Below are positions 49,088 through 58,983 of a stretch of 64,000 nucleotides of DNA, piece after piece; the first letter of the stretch is position 1, and each line of letters starts with the position of its first letter. This DNA is from Bacillota bacterium (GTDB lineage Bacteria; Bacillota; UBA994; UBA5500). The position numbers were made by a program, and so were the translations under genes. Location: the NCBI GenBank assembly GCA_050949055.1, contig JBMNFA010000001.1, positions 543,338 to 607,337 of the forward strand, read 5' to 3'. Under the pieces are notes generated by a model. That model was not told where the DNA came from, searched no databases, and saw only the letters and a program-made list of their open reading frames with translations.

Positions 49088-49543
49088 TTGGTTCGTAAGC
49101 TCGCCCGGGGCTCGATTATCGCCGCCCTCTATGTATTGATCACTTTTCTGTTTGCGCCAGTCAGCTTCGGCACCTTGATTCAATTCAGGGCCAGCGAGGC
49201 ATTGACAGTGTTGCCGATCCTATTTCCCGAAGCGATTGGCGGGCTTTATCTGGGAGTAATGCTGGCGAACATTCTGGGTGGGCTGGGGCCGATAGACATC
49301 TTCGGGGGCAGTCTGGTGACGCTACTGGCGGCTTTTCTGACCTACCAAACCAGAAACTCCTGGCTGGCTTATGTGTGGCCGATCGTCCTCAACGGGCTGT
49401 TGATCAGCATCTATTTAGCACCGATCCTGGGAGTCCCCTATTGGCTTGGCGTACTGGCTTTATCCTTTAGCGAAGCCGTGGTGGTGCTGGTTTTGGGAAT
49501 CCCGCTGATTCAATGGCTGCGCAGACGAAACCTGTTTCAGTAG
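49088..49543 (+). CDS. queT: QueT family (ECF-type S component) transporter
   Basis: IIAALYVLIT...PVSFG..IQFRASEALTVLP, GVMLANI, DIFGGSL. TTG start after AAGGAGG. Confidence 0.88.
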   Translation: MVRKLARGSIIAALYVLITFLFAPVSFGTLIQFRASEALTVLPILFPEAIGGLYLGVMLANILGGLGPIDIFGGSLVTLLAAFLTYQTRNSWLAYVWPIVLNGLLISIYLAPILGVPYWLGVLALSFSEAVVVLVLGIPLIQWLRRRNLFQ

Positions 49544-49736
49544 TGCACCCTTGGCGTGCGATACGCCCCGGAGACCAGGCGCTGTCACGCGAGCATCCCC
49601 ATCCTGGGTGAGAGCCAATCAGCCCCGCCCCTCGCGCATCATCTTGATGTTGCGCGGCCTGAGCGCAGGCCTTATCAGGGGGTAGAATTTTGGCTTTCGC
49701 AATGGCAACGGCAAGACCTAATCAGGGCGATCCAAC

Positions 49737-49771
49737 AAAAACGACGGCCATCCACCGAGCGGATGGCCGTC
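49737..49771 (-). terminator. Terminator for lgt
   Basis: GACGGCCATCC...GGATGGCCGTC stem followed by a T-run on the minus strand. Confidence 0.7.
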
Positions 49772-49801
49772 TACTGATCTAGGCCCTTTTTCTCCCCAAC
49801 G

Positions 49802-50569
49802 TTACTGTAGTGTCTCCCCTGACCTGCTGCGAAAACGCCAGATCAAGTACGCTGCCAACCCGATACCGGCCAGGCTGACCAGCTGAGCCACGCGGATTGG
49901 TCCCAACATCAAGCTGTCAGTACGCAAGCCTTCAATCCAAAACCTCCCCAAGGAGTACAGCGCCAGATACCACAGAACCAGCTCACCTTCGAAACGCCGT
50001 TTCTGGCGCATGAACAGCAAGAAAGCGAACACACCCAGGTTCCACAGCGACTCATAGAGAAATGTGGGGTGGCGGTAAGCGCCATCGATGTACATCGCCC
50101 AAGGGAGATTTGTCTCCCTGCCGTAGGCCTCCTGATTAAAGAAGTTTCCCCAGCGACCGATCGCTTGTCCCAGGATAATGCTGGGCGCGACGATGTCTGC
50201 CCAACGTCGGAAATTGATGCGATACTTGCGGGTATACAGCCAACCTGCTAAGAAGCCCCCAGCCAGTCCGCCGTGGATGGCCAGCCCGCCGTGACGAATA
50301 GCCAGGATTTCCAGCGGATTGGCCAAGTACCATTCCAGCGCCCCGGAGAAAGCCACATAGTAAAGTCTGGCACCCAGGATTGCTGCGGGTATGGCAACCA
50401 GGAACAGCGTGACGAATCTGTCCTCGTCCTCTCCTTGCCGTCTCACTTCGCGCAGGGCCAAATACAAGCCGATGAACATGGCAGCCGAAATAAGCACTCC
50501 ATACCAGCGAATCTCAAAACCGGCAATAGTAAATGCAATTGGATCCAAAACCTCTGCCTCCTCCAGCAA
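49802..50569 (-). CDS. lgt: Prolipoprotein diacylglyceryl transferase
   Basis: IRWYG, GARLYYV, GGLAIHGG, GQAIGRWGNFFNQEAYG, HPTFLYES. Confidence 0.96.
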   Translation of the reverse strand: MLEEAEVLDPIAFTIAGFEIRWYGVLISAAMFIGLYLALREVRRQGEDEDRFVTLFLVAIPAAILGARLYYVAFSGALEWYLANPLEILAIRHGGLAIHGGLAGGFLAGWLYTRKYRINFRRWADIVAPSIILGQAIGRWGNFFNQEAYGRETNLPWAMYIDGAYRHPTFLYESLWNLGVFAFLLFMRQKRRFEGELVLWYLALYSLGRFWIEGLRTDSLMLGPIRVAQLVSLAGIGLAAYLIWRFRSRSGETLQ

Positions 50570-50725
50570 TAATCATCGCTGCATCCATGTTATCACACAG
50601 CCCATGGTGCCTAAAAGCATAGCTGTTGGCGATATTGAACTCGCCCCCGGCGGCATATCCACTCAGGCCGCAGGCAACGCTAAAGCCAATGGATCTGTCT
50701 GTTTCAGACGGGAGGAGAAGATGAC

Positions 50726-52021
50726 GTGAAAGCCAGTACCCGAATGCCTTTTGCTGTTCTCTGCGGGGTTCCTTTCGTGATGGTGCTTAGCAACAGCATG
50801 CTTATTCCCGCTCTACCCTTGATGCAGTCGGCCATGGGCCTTTCAGCCTTTCAAATTGGTTTGGTGGTCACCGCTTTCTCAGTCCCAGCTGGGCTGACCA
50901 TACCGATTGCAGGCTACCTTTCGGACCATTACGGCAGAAAGCCGATCATAGTGCCTGCGCTGGTCATCTTCGGAATCGGGGGTTTGTTGGCTGGAATAGC
51001 AAGCTGGCTGGTTTCCGCCCCATTCCTTTGGATTCTCGCGGCCCGAGTGCTACAGGGGATCGGCGGCGGAGGCACTTACCAACTGGCTATGGCCCTGACG
51101 GGAGACATTTTTCAAACTTCGGAACGCGCCAAGGCGCTGGGCTTGCTGGAGTCTGCCAACGGGCTGGGGAAGGTGGTCAGCCCGATTATTGGTTCATTGG
51201 CGGCCTTGATCATCTGGTTCGCTCCCTTCTTTATCTACCCTCTGTTGGCGATACCGGTGGCACTGGGAGTGTGGTGGGTGGTGAAAGAGCCCGACAAGCA
51301 GCTAAGCAAGCAATCTCTGGGGGACTACTTGGCCTCCGTTTGGCAGGTGTTGAAGAAGAACGCTGTTTCCCTAACCGCCGCCTTTCTGGCCGGCCTGCTG
51401 GCCCTGTTTATGCTGTTTGGAGTGCTCAGTTATCTGTCCGATGTGCTGGAAGAAGAACATGGCATCAAGGGGCTGACCAAAGGACTGGTCATTGCTATCC
51501 CGGTGCTGGCCATGGCAGTGACGTCCTATCTCAGCGGGCGATGGCTGCAAAAGCAAGGTGGCCAGGTGTGCAAGTGGGCGTCGATGGGCGGCATGCTGAT
51601 GATCGGCTTAGCGCTGCTCAGTCCGGTATTCCCATTGGGCCTGTACCTATTCATGGCGGCGGTGACTCTACAAGGGATCGGTACCGGCCTGGCGTTGCCA
51701 GCAGTCAATCTGTTGATCACCGGCGCAGCAGACCATGAAGAGCGAGGGATGATCACCTGCCTCTACGGGACGGTGCGATTCTTCGGGGCAGCCTTTGGCC
51801 CTCCCGTATTCGGGCTATTTGTCGCCAACAGCAAAATCCCCCTGTTTATCGTATCGGCTGTAGCCGTGGCTTTGGCCGGGGTGTTGGCCTTCACCTGCAT
51901 TAAAGCACCGCAGCTCAAGGCCGGCGATGGAGGCGACAATCAGGGGTCACCACGTTCTACCCACAGACTGAAACCGCGCACGACACCGGTCGGAAGGCGG
52001 AGCAAGGCACCGATCGGCTAG
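50726..52021 (+). CDS. MFS transporter (DHA1-like)
   Basis: About 12 TM segments; GYLSDHYGRK, RVLQGIGGG, ERAKALG. Confidence 0.9.
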   Translation: MKASTRMPFAVLCGVPFVMVLSNSMLIPALPLMQSAMGLSAFQIGLVVTAFSVPAGLTIPIAGYLSDHYGRKPIIVPALVIFGIGGLLAGIASWLVSAPFLWILAARVLQGIGGGGTYQLAMALTGDIFQTSERAKALGLLESANGLGKVVSPIIGSLAALIIWFAPFFIYPLLAIPVALGVWWVVKEPDKQLSKQSLGDYLASVWQVLKKNAVSLTAAFLAGLLALFMLFGVLSYLSDVLEEEHGIKGLTKGLVIAIPVLAMAVTSYLSGRWLQKQGGQVCKWASMGGMLMIGLALLSPVFPLGLYLFMAAVTLQGIGTGLALPAVNLLITGAADHEERGMITCLYGTVRFFGAAFGPPVFGLFVANSKIPLFIVSAVAVALAGVLAFTCIKAPQLKAGDGGDNQGSPRSTHRLKPRTTPVGRRSKAPIG

Positions 52022-52064
52022 CAGCAGCGCTCAGCTAGGCCTCCTTCATTGCCTTTGAAAGACA

Positions 52065-52093
52065 AGCTAGCAGGGGCCGTGGCGCCTGCTAGC
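52065..52093. terminator. Hairpin between the convergent MFS gene and the small ORF
   Basis: GCTAGCAGG...CCTGCTAGC. Confidence 0.6.
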
Positions 52094-52265
52094 TCTTCTT
52101 TCGTTCCAGATCCTTCAGGAAGCGGTTGATCTCTTCCATCAAGTTGGCCGCGCGGGCAAACTCCATCTCTCTGCCCCGCTGAAAAAAGCCTCTGGCTGCT
52201 CTTTGCATCGCCAATGACGATTGGCGCACCAGAATTCGCGGACTTCTAGTCACTCGTGCGCGCAT
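52089..52265 (-). CDS. Small hypothetical protein, 58 aa; absent from the ORF track
   Basis: My translation is MRARVTRSPRILVRQSSLAMQRAARGFFQRGREMEFARAANLMEEINRFLKDLERKKS. It has a strong RBS (AAGGGGGGAG) and ends at a terminator hairpin. Confidence 0.6.
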   Translation of the reverse strand: MRARVTRSPRILVRQSSLAMQRAARGFFQRGREMEFARAANLMEEINRFLKDLERKKS

Positions 52266-52388
52266 CGCTCTCCCCCCTTCATCACTCCAGCTGGCTGCTA
52301 TATTCTACTGAATCAACCGGTCAACTAGAACGGAAGGCACCAGCCGTCGGCAGCGGGTTAGTACTCTATCAACTGGTGTGCCAGGCCA

Positions 52389-52865
52389 TCACCTTGAGAA
52401 CAGATGACTCCAATCGGCTGGGCGCAGCAAGCGCTGGTTGCGCGAGCCCCGATATGGCAGTGCCAGGTCCCGTTCCTCCGCTAGGTAAGGGCCATCCACC
52501 AGCACATCTACTACACCTAGAATACGCTCAGATAAGGGATGCGCTGCCAGCTCCTGCAGGACGTAACCGGTATACAGCCAGACACTGTACCCTCGGGCTT
52601 TAGCTCCGGCTGCCAAGGCCAACGTGGCCTCTGCTTGCAGTAAGGGTTCCCCCCCGGAAATGGTCAGCCCGGAAAGCAAAGGATTGGACAGCAGGGTGTC
52701 GAGAACGTCATCCGTGTCAGCCAGATATCCTCCAGTCAACGAATGGGAGGCCGGGTTATGACACCCAGGACAAGCATGGGTGCACCCCTGCAAATACGCC
52801 ACCGCCCTCAGCCCCACTCCATCGGTCACACTCTCCGCATTCACCCCAGCCAAACGAACTTCCAT
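52389..52865 (-). CDS. nrdG: Anaerobic RNR activase (radical SAM)
   Basis: ESVTDGVGLR, QGCTHACPGCHN, ISGGEP, WLYTGY, DVLVDG, RGSRNQR. Confidence 0.95.
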   Translation of the reverse strand: MEVRLAGVNAESVTDGVGLRAVAYLQGCTHACPGCHNPASHSLTGGYLADTDDVLDTLLSNPLLSGLTISGGEPLLQAEATLALAAGAKARGYSVWLYTGYVLQELAAHPLSERILGVVDVLVDGPYLAEERDLALPYRGSRNQRLLRPADWSHLFSR

Positions 52866-52908
52866 GCAAAGCCCTTCCTTCCATTCTGCAATGTTGCCAC
52901 GAATTCCC

Positions 52909-52978
52909 TTGCACACGAACCACAGCACTGATACACTATATATCGCACCCTCAGAACGCAACCTCACTACATATTGTA
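52909..52978 (+). promoter_or_regulatory. nrdD promoter with tandem NrdR boxes
   Basis: TTGCAC-17-TACACT. Boxes TACACTATATATCGCA (52932-52947) and CTCACTACATATTGTA (52963-52978) start 31 bp apart. Confidence 0.8.
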
Positions 52979-53008
52979 CCAAAGTTCTAGAAAGCGGTGA
53001 AATAAACG

Positions 53009-55036
53009 GTGCCCGAAAACAAAGTAAGCTATACCGGAATCACCAAGCGGGATGGGCGACTGGTCAGTTTCGATGGAGAGAAGATCGTCAACGCGTTGAC
53101 AAAGGCATTGCTGGCCACAGGGGATGGAGATCGGGAGACTGCCAGACAGCTCTACCCTTTGGTGCTAATCAAGCTTGCCGACCTGACCAAAAAGCCAGCA
53201 CCTGACGTGGAAGAGGTGCAGGATGCTGCAGAGCAGGCACTGATGCAGGCTGGCTATCACCAAGCAGCCAGAGCCTATATCACTTACCGCAATCAACGCA
53301 CCGCCCATCGGGAAGGCAGGCAGGAACTGTTGCTGACCATGGAGCGGATCATGCGGGAGACCCACCGAGAAAACGCAAATGTAGGCAACTCTCCTTCGGC
53401 CAAGGGCCTGCAGATATTTGAAGCGGCCAGCGCCTACATGTGGGAGCGCAGAGGGCTGCCTGCCCACATCGCCCGTGCCCATCGGGAGAAGGACATTCAC
53501 ATTCACGATTTCGCCTGGTATGGCATGACATTAACCTGTGTCCAGACTGACCTCCGTCGCCTGTTGACAGAGGGGTTCAATCCCGGGCACGGCTATATCC
53601 GCCCGCCCAAGCGGATCAGCTCCGCCGCTGCGCTGGCAGCTATCATTCTGCAGGGTCTGCAGAACGACATGCACGGAGGGCAATCCTTCCCCAACTTCGA
53701 CCACGACTTGGGCCCCTTCGCCGAAAACACCGATGAGGACAGCGTCTATCAAGCGATGGAATCCCTGATCTTCAATCTCAACACGATGCACTCCCGCGCA
53801 GGGGCGCAGGTGCCTTTCAGCAGCCTCAACGTGGGCACTGGCACCTCCCGCGGCGCGCGTTTGGTTACTAAGCAACTGCTGTTGGCCTACAAGGCCGGCC
53901 TGGGCAGAGGAGAGCATCCTATTTTCCCTAACATTATCTTTAAAGTCAAGCGAGGGGTGAATTTCAACCCGCAAGACCCCAACTACGACCTCTACCGGCT
54001 GGCTTTGGAGGTGGCTTCCGTCCGACTCAACCCTTCATTTTCGTTCATGGACGCCCCGTTCAACTCCATTTATGAAGAAGAAGTGGCTTACATGGGCTGC
54101 CGCACAAGGGTAATCGCCAATGTCAACGGACCGGCAAAGACGACCGGGCGAGGCAACCTGTCTTTCACCAGCATCAACCTGCCCCGTCTGGCCTTGCGAG
54201 CTGCCGGGAATCAGGAACGATTTTTCCAACTGCTGGACGAAACGCTAGAGTTGACCATAGCACAACTGCTGCACCGCTATCGCATCCAGGCCAACCTGCT
54301 GGTCAGGGATATGCCATTTTTGATGGGTCAACACGTCTATCTGGATAGCGAGCACCTGAAAGCGGGCGATCGCATAGAGCCAGCCATCAAGCACGGCACG
54401 TTGAGCGTCGGTTTCATCGGCTTGGCCGAGGCACTGGTCGCCCTGACCGGCGCGCATCACGGTCAGCGGTCGGACGTATTCCAGTTGGGCAGGCAAATTG
54501 TCAGCCACATGCGCCTGCGGTGTGATCAGGCGGCGTCCGCCCACCAGTTGAACTTCACCCTGTTGGCGACCCCGGGAGAAGGTTTGTCCGGGAAGATGGT
54601 CGCACCGGACCGGGAACGCTTCGGGGTGATCCCCGGTGTGACCGACAAGGAATACTACACTAATTCTTTCCACATTCCGGTGGGCTGGAAGACCACCAGC
54701 AGCGACAAGCTGCGCCGTGAGGGGCCTTTTCATGAGCTGTGCAACGCTGGCCACATCTCCTATGTTGAGCTGGATGCCCCTCCTGGCCCCAATTGGCAGG
54801 CCACTGACAGCATCGTCAGGGCGATGGCGGCAGCGGGCATCGGCTATGGCGCGTTGAACTTTCCGGTGGACGAGTGCATCGCTTGTGGGCAGCACGGCAT
54901 CTTCGATCGGGCATGCCCCCATTGCGGCAGCGAGCACATCCGTCGCATCCGGCGCATCACCGGATACCTCTCCACAGTCGATCGCTTCAATGCCGGAAAA
55001 CTAGCTGAGCTGAGGGACCGCATCTCCCATCAATGA
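53009..55036 (+). CDS. nrdD: Anaerobic (class III) ribonucleoside-triphosphate reductase
   Basis: ATP-cone, IHIHD, TCVQ, MGCRT, INLPRLA, TNSFH, CIAC...CPHC, glycyl radical loop RITGYL. Confidence 0.97.
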   Translation: MPENKVSYTGITKRDGRLVSFDGEKIVNALTKALLATGDGDRETARQLYPLVLIKLADLTKKPAPDVEEVQDAAEQALMQAGYHQAARAYITYRNQRTAHREGRQELLLTMERIMRETHRENANVGNSPSAKGLQIFEAASAYMWERRGLPAHIARAHREKDIHIHDFAWYGMTLTCVQTDLRRLLTEGFNPGHGYIRPPKRISSAAALAAIILQGLQNDMHGGQSFPNFDHDLGPFAENTDEDSVYQAMESLIFNLNTMHSRAGAQVPFSSLNVGTGTSRGARLVTKQLLLAYKAGLGRGEHPIFPNIIFKVKRGVNFNPQDPNYDLYRLALEVASVRLNPSFSFMDAPFNSIYEEEVAYMGCRTRVIANVNGPAKTTGRGNLSFTSINLPRLALRAAGNQERFFQLLDETLELTIAQLLHRYRIQANLLVRDMPFLMGQHVYLDSEHLKAGDRIEPAIKHGTLSVGFIGLAEALVALTGAHHGQRSDVFQLGRQIVSHMRLRCDQAASAHQLNFTLLATPGEGLSGKMVAPDRERFGVIPGVTDKEYYTNSFHIPVGWKTTSSDKLRREGPFHELCNAGHISYVELDAPPGPNWQATDSIVRAMAAAGIGYGALNFPVDECIACGQHGIFDRACPHCGSEHIRRIRRITGYLSTVDRFNAGKLAELRDRISHQ

Positions 55037-55057
55037 ACACAAAGTCAATACCCGATC

Positions 55058-55088
55058 AAGAGGAGTCCGGAAAACGGACTCCTCTTTG
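55058..55088 (+). terminator. Terminator after nrdD
   Basis: AAGAGGAGTCCG-gaaaa-CGGACTCCTCTTT. Confidence 0.75.
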
Positions 55089-55283
55089 TGATCATGATCG
55101 CAGCAAAACCCCTGCTCATATCTGATACTGCTTGTTCATATAGTGACAGAGAAGCACTGCTGCTTGAACACACTAGGCTGCTGTCGGGCGCTCTGTTCCT
55201 TGCCCAACTAGTTCGCAAACTGTCAGTACTTTGAACGGCCTTGAACATAGCCCTAACAAGCCATCTGGCAAGGAGGATCTACA

Positions 55284-56219
55284 GTGTTGCTAAGCAAGAA
55301 GCGCTGGCTGTTACTGATGGTCATCTGTCTATTCGCTGCTAGCTATAGTATCACCTCGGCTGCTGCCCCTTTAAACTGTCTCTGCGAGGAGGATGACCGC
55401 ATCCTCAGGCTGACAAATCCGCTCACCACAGGCAGCGACGTGGAGGAGCTACAGTCCATACTCAGCGGACTAGGCTTCTATCGCGGTGAACTGAACGGAA
55501 CCTACGATCAAGAGACGGCCTCCGCAGTAGAGGCACTACAGGCGTTCGCTCAGCTGCCTGTCACCGGCACTTTCGGCCCGAAAGAGCAGGAAGCGTTGAC
55601 TATGTCCCTGGCCGAAAGCAGCCTGCAGCCGAGCACCCCCTCGCCTCCGGAAGGCGAGCTGCGTCTAGTCATCGACGTGAATGCCAAGACACTGACAGTG
55701 CTGGTCAACGATGTCGTCTTCAAAGTCTATCCCTGCGCGGTGGGAACCAGCAAGACCAAGTCTCCCGTCGGTGAATGGAGAGTGATCCAGAAGGGAACCC
55801 ATTGGGGCGGCGGCTTCGGAACCCGCTGGATGGGGCTAAACGTGCCCTGGGGCATCTATGGCATCCATGGGACCAACAAACCCAGCTCCATCGGCACGGC
55901 CGCCAGTCACGGGTGCATCCGCATGCATAACCGGGATGTGGAGCAGCTTTACCCCTGGGTAAAGATCGGCACCAAGGTGTCCATCGTCGGACCGTTCCCC
56001 AGAGTGAAAGTGAACAGACCCTTGGGCCTGGGACTCTCCGGACACGAGGTGCAGACACTGCAGCTGGTGCTGCGGGAAGCCGGCTTCAACCCAGGGTCAA
56101 CCGACGGACGCTATGGCCCCGATACCGCAGAGGCTATCAGAGCTCTGCAGGAGTTCTATGGGCTACGCCCCACCGGGCAAGCCGACTGGAACGTATTGAC
56201 CATTCTAGGTTTACGCTAG
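55284..56219 (+). CDS. L,D-transpeptidase (YkuD) with two peptidoglycan-binding domains
   Basis: Signal peptide, PG_binding_1-like repeats (GSDVEELQ..L, DGRYGPDT), YGIHGTN...SHGCIRM. Confidence 0.9.
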   Translation: MLLSKKRWLLLMVICLFAASYSITSAAAPLNCLCEEDDRILRLTNPLTTGSDVEELQSILSGLGFYRGELNGTYDQETASAVEALQAFAQLPVTGTFGPKEQEALTMSLAESSLQPSTPSPPEGELRLVIDVNAKTLTVLVNDVVFKVYPCAVGTSKTKSPVGEWRVIQKGTHWGGGFGTRWMGLNVPWGIYGIHGTNKPSSIGTAASHGCIRMHNRDVEQLYPWVKIGTKVSIVGPFPRVKVNRPLGLGLSGHEVQTLQLVLREAGFNPGSTDGRYGPDTAEAIRALQEFYGLRPTGQADWNVLTILGLR

Positions 56220-56232
56220 GGGGAATTGCAGT

Positions 56233-57606
56233 ATGGCCAAGAAACGGAGAATCAAGCGGCGGAGACCACTCCTTTGGATCGCTATCCTGGCATGCCTGGC
56301 GATCGCCTTATCAGCTCTCAGTCCCCATCTGCTGCAATTGCTGTCCAAAGGGCAGTTTCGCTTCAACCACAGGGCAAAGCTGCAGGCCGACGAGACCTAT
56401 CAGCTGGAGTTCTGGGTGGAACGTCCGAACATACCTGACATTGCCCCTTGGCAAGCCGGCTTGCAGCAAGCCATCGACGAGTTCCGCACTGTCTATCCCA
56501 ACGTCGAGGTGTCGTTGGTCCACCTCTCCCCTCAGGATGTGGATCAGCGGATGAACGATGCGCTTAACCAGGGCACTCCGCCAGACCTGTTCTTCAGCGC
56601 TAATCAGCCGTGCGGTAATCTGGGTGAGCTGCAGCTACCCCTGCATCGCTACATAGACAAGACAGAGCGATTGGCCTGGCCGGACTCAATGTGGCAACAG
56701 CTGCAACGCAGTGACGGTGTGTACGCACTGCCAGTAGCCGCCTACCCGAGGGTGTTCATGGCTAATAGCCAGCTGCTGGCGGATAAGGGGCTGGAAGCCG
56801 ATGCATTCGGCGAAGGGGAATGGAACTGGCCGGCACTGTTGGCCCTGGCTGAAAAGTTGACCGCAGGTCAAGTGGTGGGCTACCTACCCACTTCCACCGG
56901 CCAGTCACTGCTCACCAGCTTGGCGGCTAGCATCGGTAAACCCTCGCCCTTTGATAACGATGGAGAGTTGGCCTGGACCAAAGAGGATTTGGTCAACTTA
57001 GCGGAGATCTGGCTGCGTCTGATGGGATCGGCCGGCGCGCCTAAGGGTGGCGGCAACATGGACAGCAATTGTCTGGACCTATTCCTCAGCAAGCGAGCGG
57101 CAATGATTGGGCCACTCAATCATCAGTTGACCGCCTGGTTATGGCAAGCAGCCGACAAGAGAGGGATCGTACCTCAGCTAATGGCCATCCCCGCCGCGGG
57201 ACCGGAACCTTATGCAGACGTGCGGGTTTTGGGCATCGCGTTGCTCCGACAGCAGGACTATCAAGGCGACCGGCATACCCGGGCCGCCGCCGAGTTGGCC
57301 CAGTTTCTAGTGCCGCGCTTAGGCGGTCTGCTTGCCTCACTTACCGGAGCACTGCCCGCTGTGGCACCAGCCTCTGCCGCCACCTGGCTCCCTTACGACG
57401 AAGAATCGTTTGCCATCTACTCTCAGATAGAAAACATTCCGCGCTGCTCATACGCCTATGGCCCACCTAAAGGGCTGTCGGTCACCCATTGGCAACTGGG
57501 CATCGCCCCTGCCTGGGATAGACTGGTGCAGGGACAGTACACAGCGGAGCAGTTTGCCGAAGCTGTGTTGGCCGAGTTAGCCATGGCCACCATAGCTGGA
57601 CCATAG
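56233..57606 (+). CDS. Membrane-anchored extracellular solute-binding protein (sugar-ABC type), orphan
   Basis: Basic N-terminus plus TM segment; PDLFF, YALPV, NSQLL..GL, WNWPALL. No permease or ATPase nearby. Confidence 0.7.
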   Translation: MAKKRRIKRRRPLLWIAILACLAIALSALSPHLLQLLSKGQFRFNHRAKLQADETYQLEFWVERPNIPDIAPWQAGLQQAIDEFRTVYPNVEVSLVHLSPQDVDQRMNDALNQGTPPDLFFSANQPCGNLGELQLPLHRYIDKTERLAWPDSMWQQLQRSDGVYALPVAAYPRVFMANSQLLADKGLEADAFGEGEWNWPALLALAEKLTAGQVVGYLPTSTGQSLLTSLAASIGKPSPFDNDGELAWTKEDLVNLAEIWLRLMGSAGAPKGGGNMDSNCLDLFLSKRAAMIGPLNHQLTAWLWQAADKRGIVPQLMAIPAAGPEPYADVRVLGIALLRQQDYQGDRHTRAAAELAQFLVPRLGGLLASLTGALPAVAPASAATWLPYDEESFAIYSQIENIPRCSYAYGPPKGLSVTHWQLGIAPAWDRLVQGQYTAEQFAEAVLAELAMATIAGP

Positions 57607-57683
57607 CAGCACTAAGAACAGGCATAGCCTGCTTGCGGGCTGTGCCTTCAGCTTTCCCCTGACCACTAGAGACTCTATCCCGC

Positions 57684-58910
57684 TTACCATACTGGCCCGG
57701 TTTGGGTGCCAAACACCTCCACATCCTCTGCCTGTTCAGCAGGCCAGAGCCTAGCCAGGAAGAAGGCCTGCAGTAAAACAGCCAGCCGCCCATGATAGGG
57801 CCGGTCTTCACGCATCAAACTCAGCAGGTGGGTGGCCAACTCGGGCTGTTTGAGCAGTGCTTGATAGTAGCGTTCTTTGTGACGGCCAATCGAGGAGCTG
57901 AGCAACAGGGAGCGGCGTAAGGTGGGCATGATCAACCTTCCGCACTGCCGACGATAATCAAGCATTACCCTATTGGCCTCCCCAAAGTGGCGAACGATGG
58001 CCTGAGCGGCCAGTTGGCCGCTGAGCAAGGCGTAATAGATTCCCTCCCCGCTGAAACTATCAACGAACCCGGCAGCGTCCCCCACCAGCAAGGTTCTGGC
58101 GGTGGCGATCCTGCGGGGAAAGCCTCCCGCTGGCAACCACCAACCCCGTTGCCAGCTCAGTTCACTGTGCCCCACCTTCGCCTGCAACTGCTGCAACAGG
58201 GTAGCGAAATGGCTTTCTATCCGGGGCAACTCCAGGCTGCTCCCAGCCACCCCCACATTTACCCCTCCAGGCAACGGAAAAATCCAGCCAAACCCGCCCA
58301 TTATCGGCAAGCAGACCAGTTGTATCTCTGATTGATCGAGGGTAGCCGCCCCATCAGGCAACCGAAGCTCCGCCACCCGGGCGTAGGCCAACTGCCACCT
58401 GGGCCAACTCCCCCCGCGGACCCCGGCCTGCACGGATGTTTTGCCGTGTACTCCATCCGCGCCGACAAGATAGCGGGCAGAAGCCCCCTGTCCCTTATCG
58501 GTAATGATTTCCACACTTTCACCTGTCTGCCTAAACTGTGTGGCCCGCTGCCGTCGCCACAGTTCGGCCCCGGCGGCCTCCGCCGCTGCCAACAAGCAGC
58601 AGTCCAAGGTCTCTCGCCGAAACATATAGCCTAACGGCTGGCGGGAGCGAACTACCATGCTGCCCGACCCTGAACTAAGCAATCTGACTGTCTGAACCGG
58701 CCTGGGCAGAATATCTGCGATCAGGTCAGGGGCTAGCTGGCGCAGAGCCTTGGCTGACAAGTATCCTCCGCACGGCTTCATGGACGACAGCGGGTCGATG
58801 ATCAATACCTTAAGCCCGCTGTTGGCAAGGACAGCTGCCGCGCGGCTGCCGGCAGGTCCCCCGCCCACCACTGCTACATCATATCCCCTCACCGTGTGCG
58901 CCTCCTTCAC
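57684..58910 (-). CDS. Geranylgeranyl reductase family FAD-dependent oxidoreductase
   Basis: DVAVVGGGPAG, KPCGG, VGADG, GFGWIFP, LVGDAAG.VD..SGEGIYYA. Confidence 0.88.
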   Translation of the reverse strand: MKEAHTVRGYDVAVVGGGPAGSRAAAVLANSGLKVLIIDPLSSMKPCGGYLSAKALRQLAPDLIADILPRPVQTVRLLSSGSGSMVVRSRQPLGYMFRRETLDCCLLAAAEAAGAELWRRQRATQFRQTGESVEIITDKGQGASARYLVGADGVHGKTSVQAGVRGGSWPRWQLAYARVAELRLPDGAATLDQSEIQLVCLPIMGGFGWIFPLPGGVNVGVAGSSLELPRIESHFATLLQQLQAKVGHSELSWQRGWWLPAGGFPRRIATARTLLVGDAAGFVDSFSGEGIYYALLSGQLAAQAIVRHFGEANRVMLDYRRQCGRLIMPTLRRSLLLSSSIGRHKERYYQALLKQPELATHLLSLMREDRPYHGRLAVLLQAFFLARLWPAEQAEDVEVFGTQTGPVW

Positions 58911-58983
58911 AATCCCTGATGGTTAGTATTTGGCAAACTGCACGGAAATACTAACAAGGCAAAGGTCGAAGGAGGTAGTACCT

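Noticed and set aside
49556-49777. 73-aa ORF between queT and lgt
   Set aside because: It has no RBS or recognisable composition and runs through the lgt terminator.
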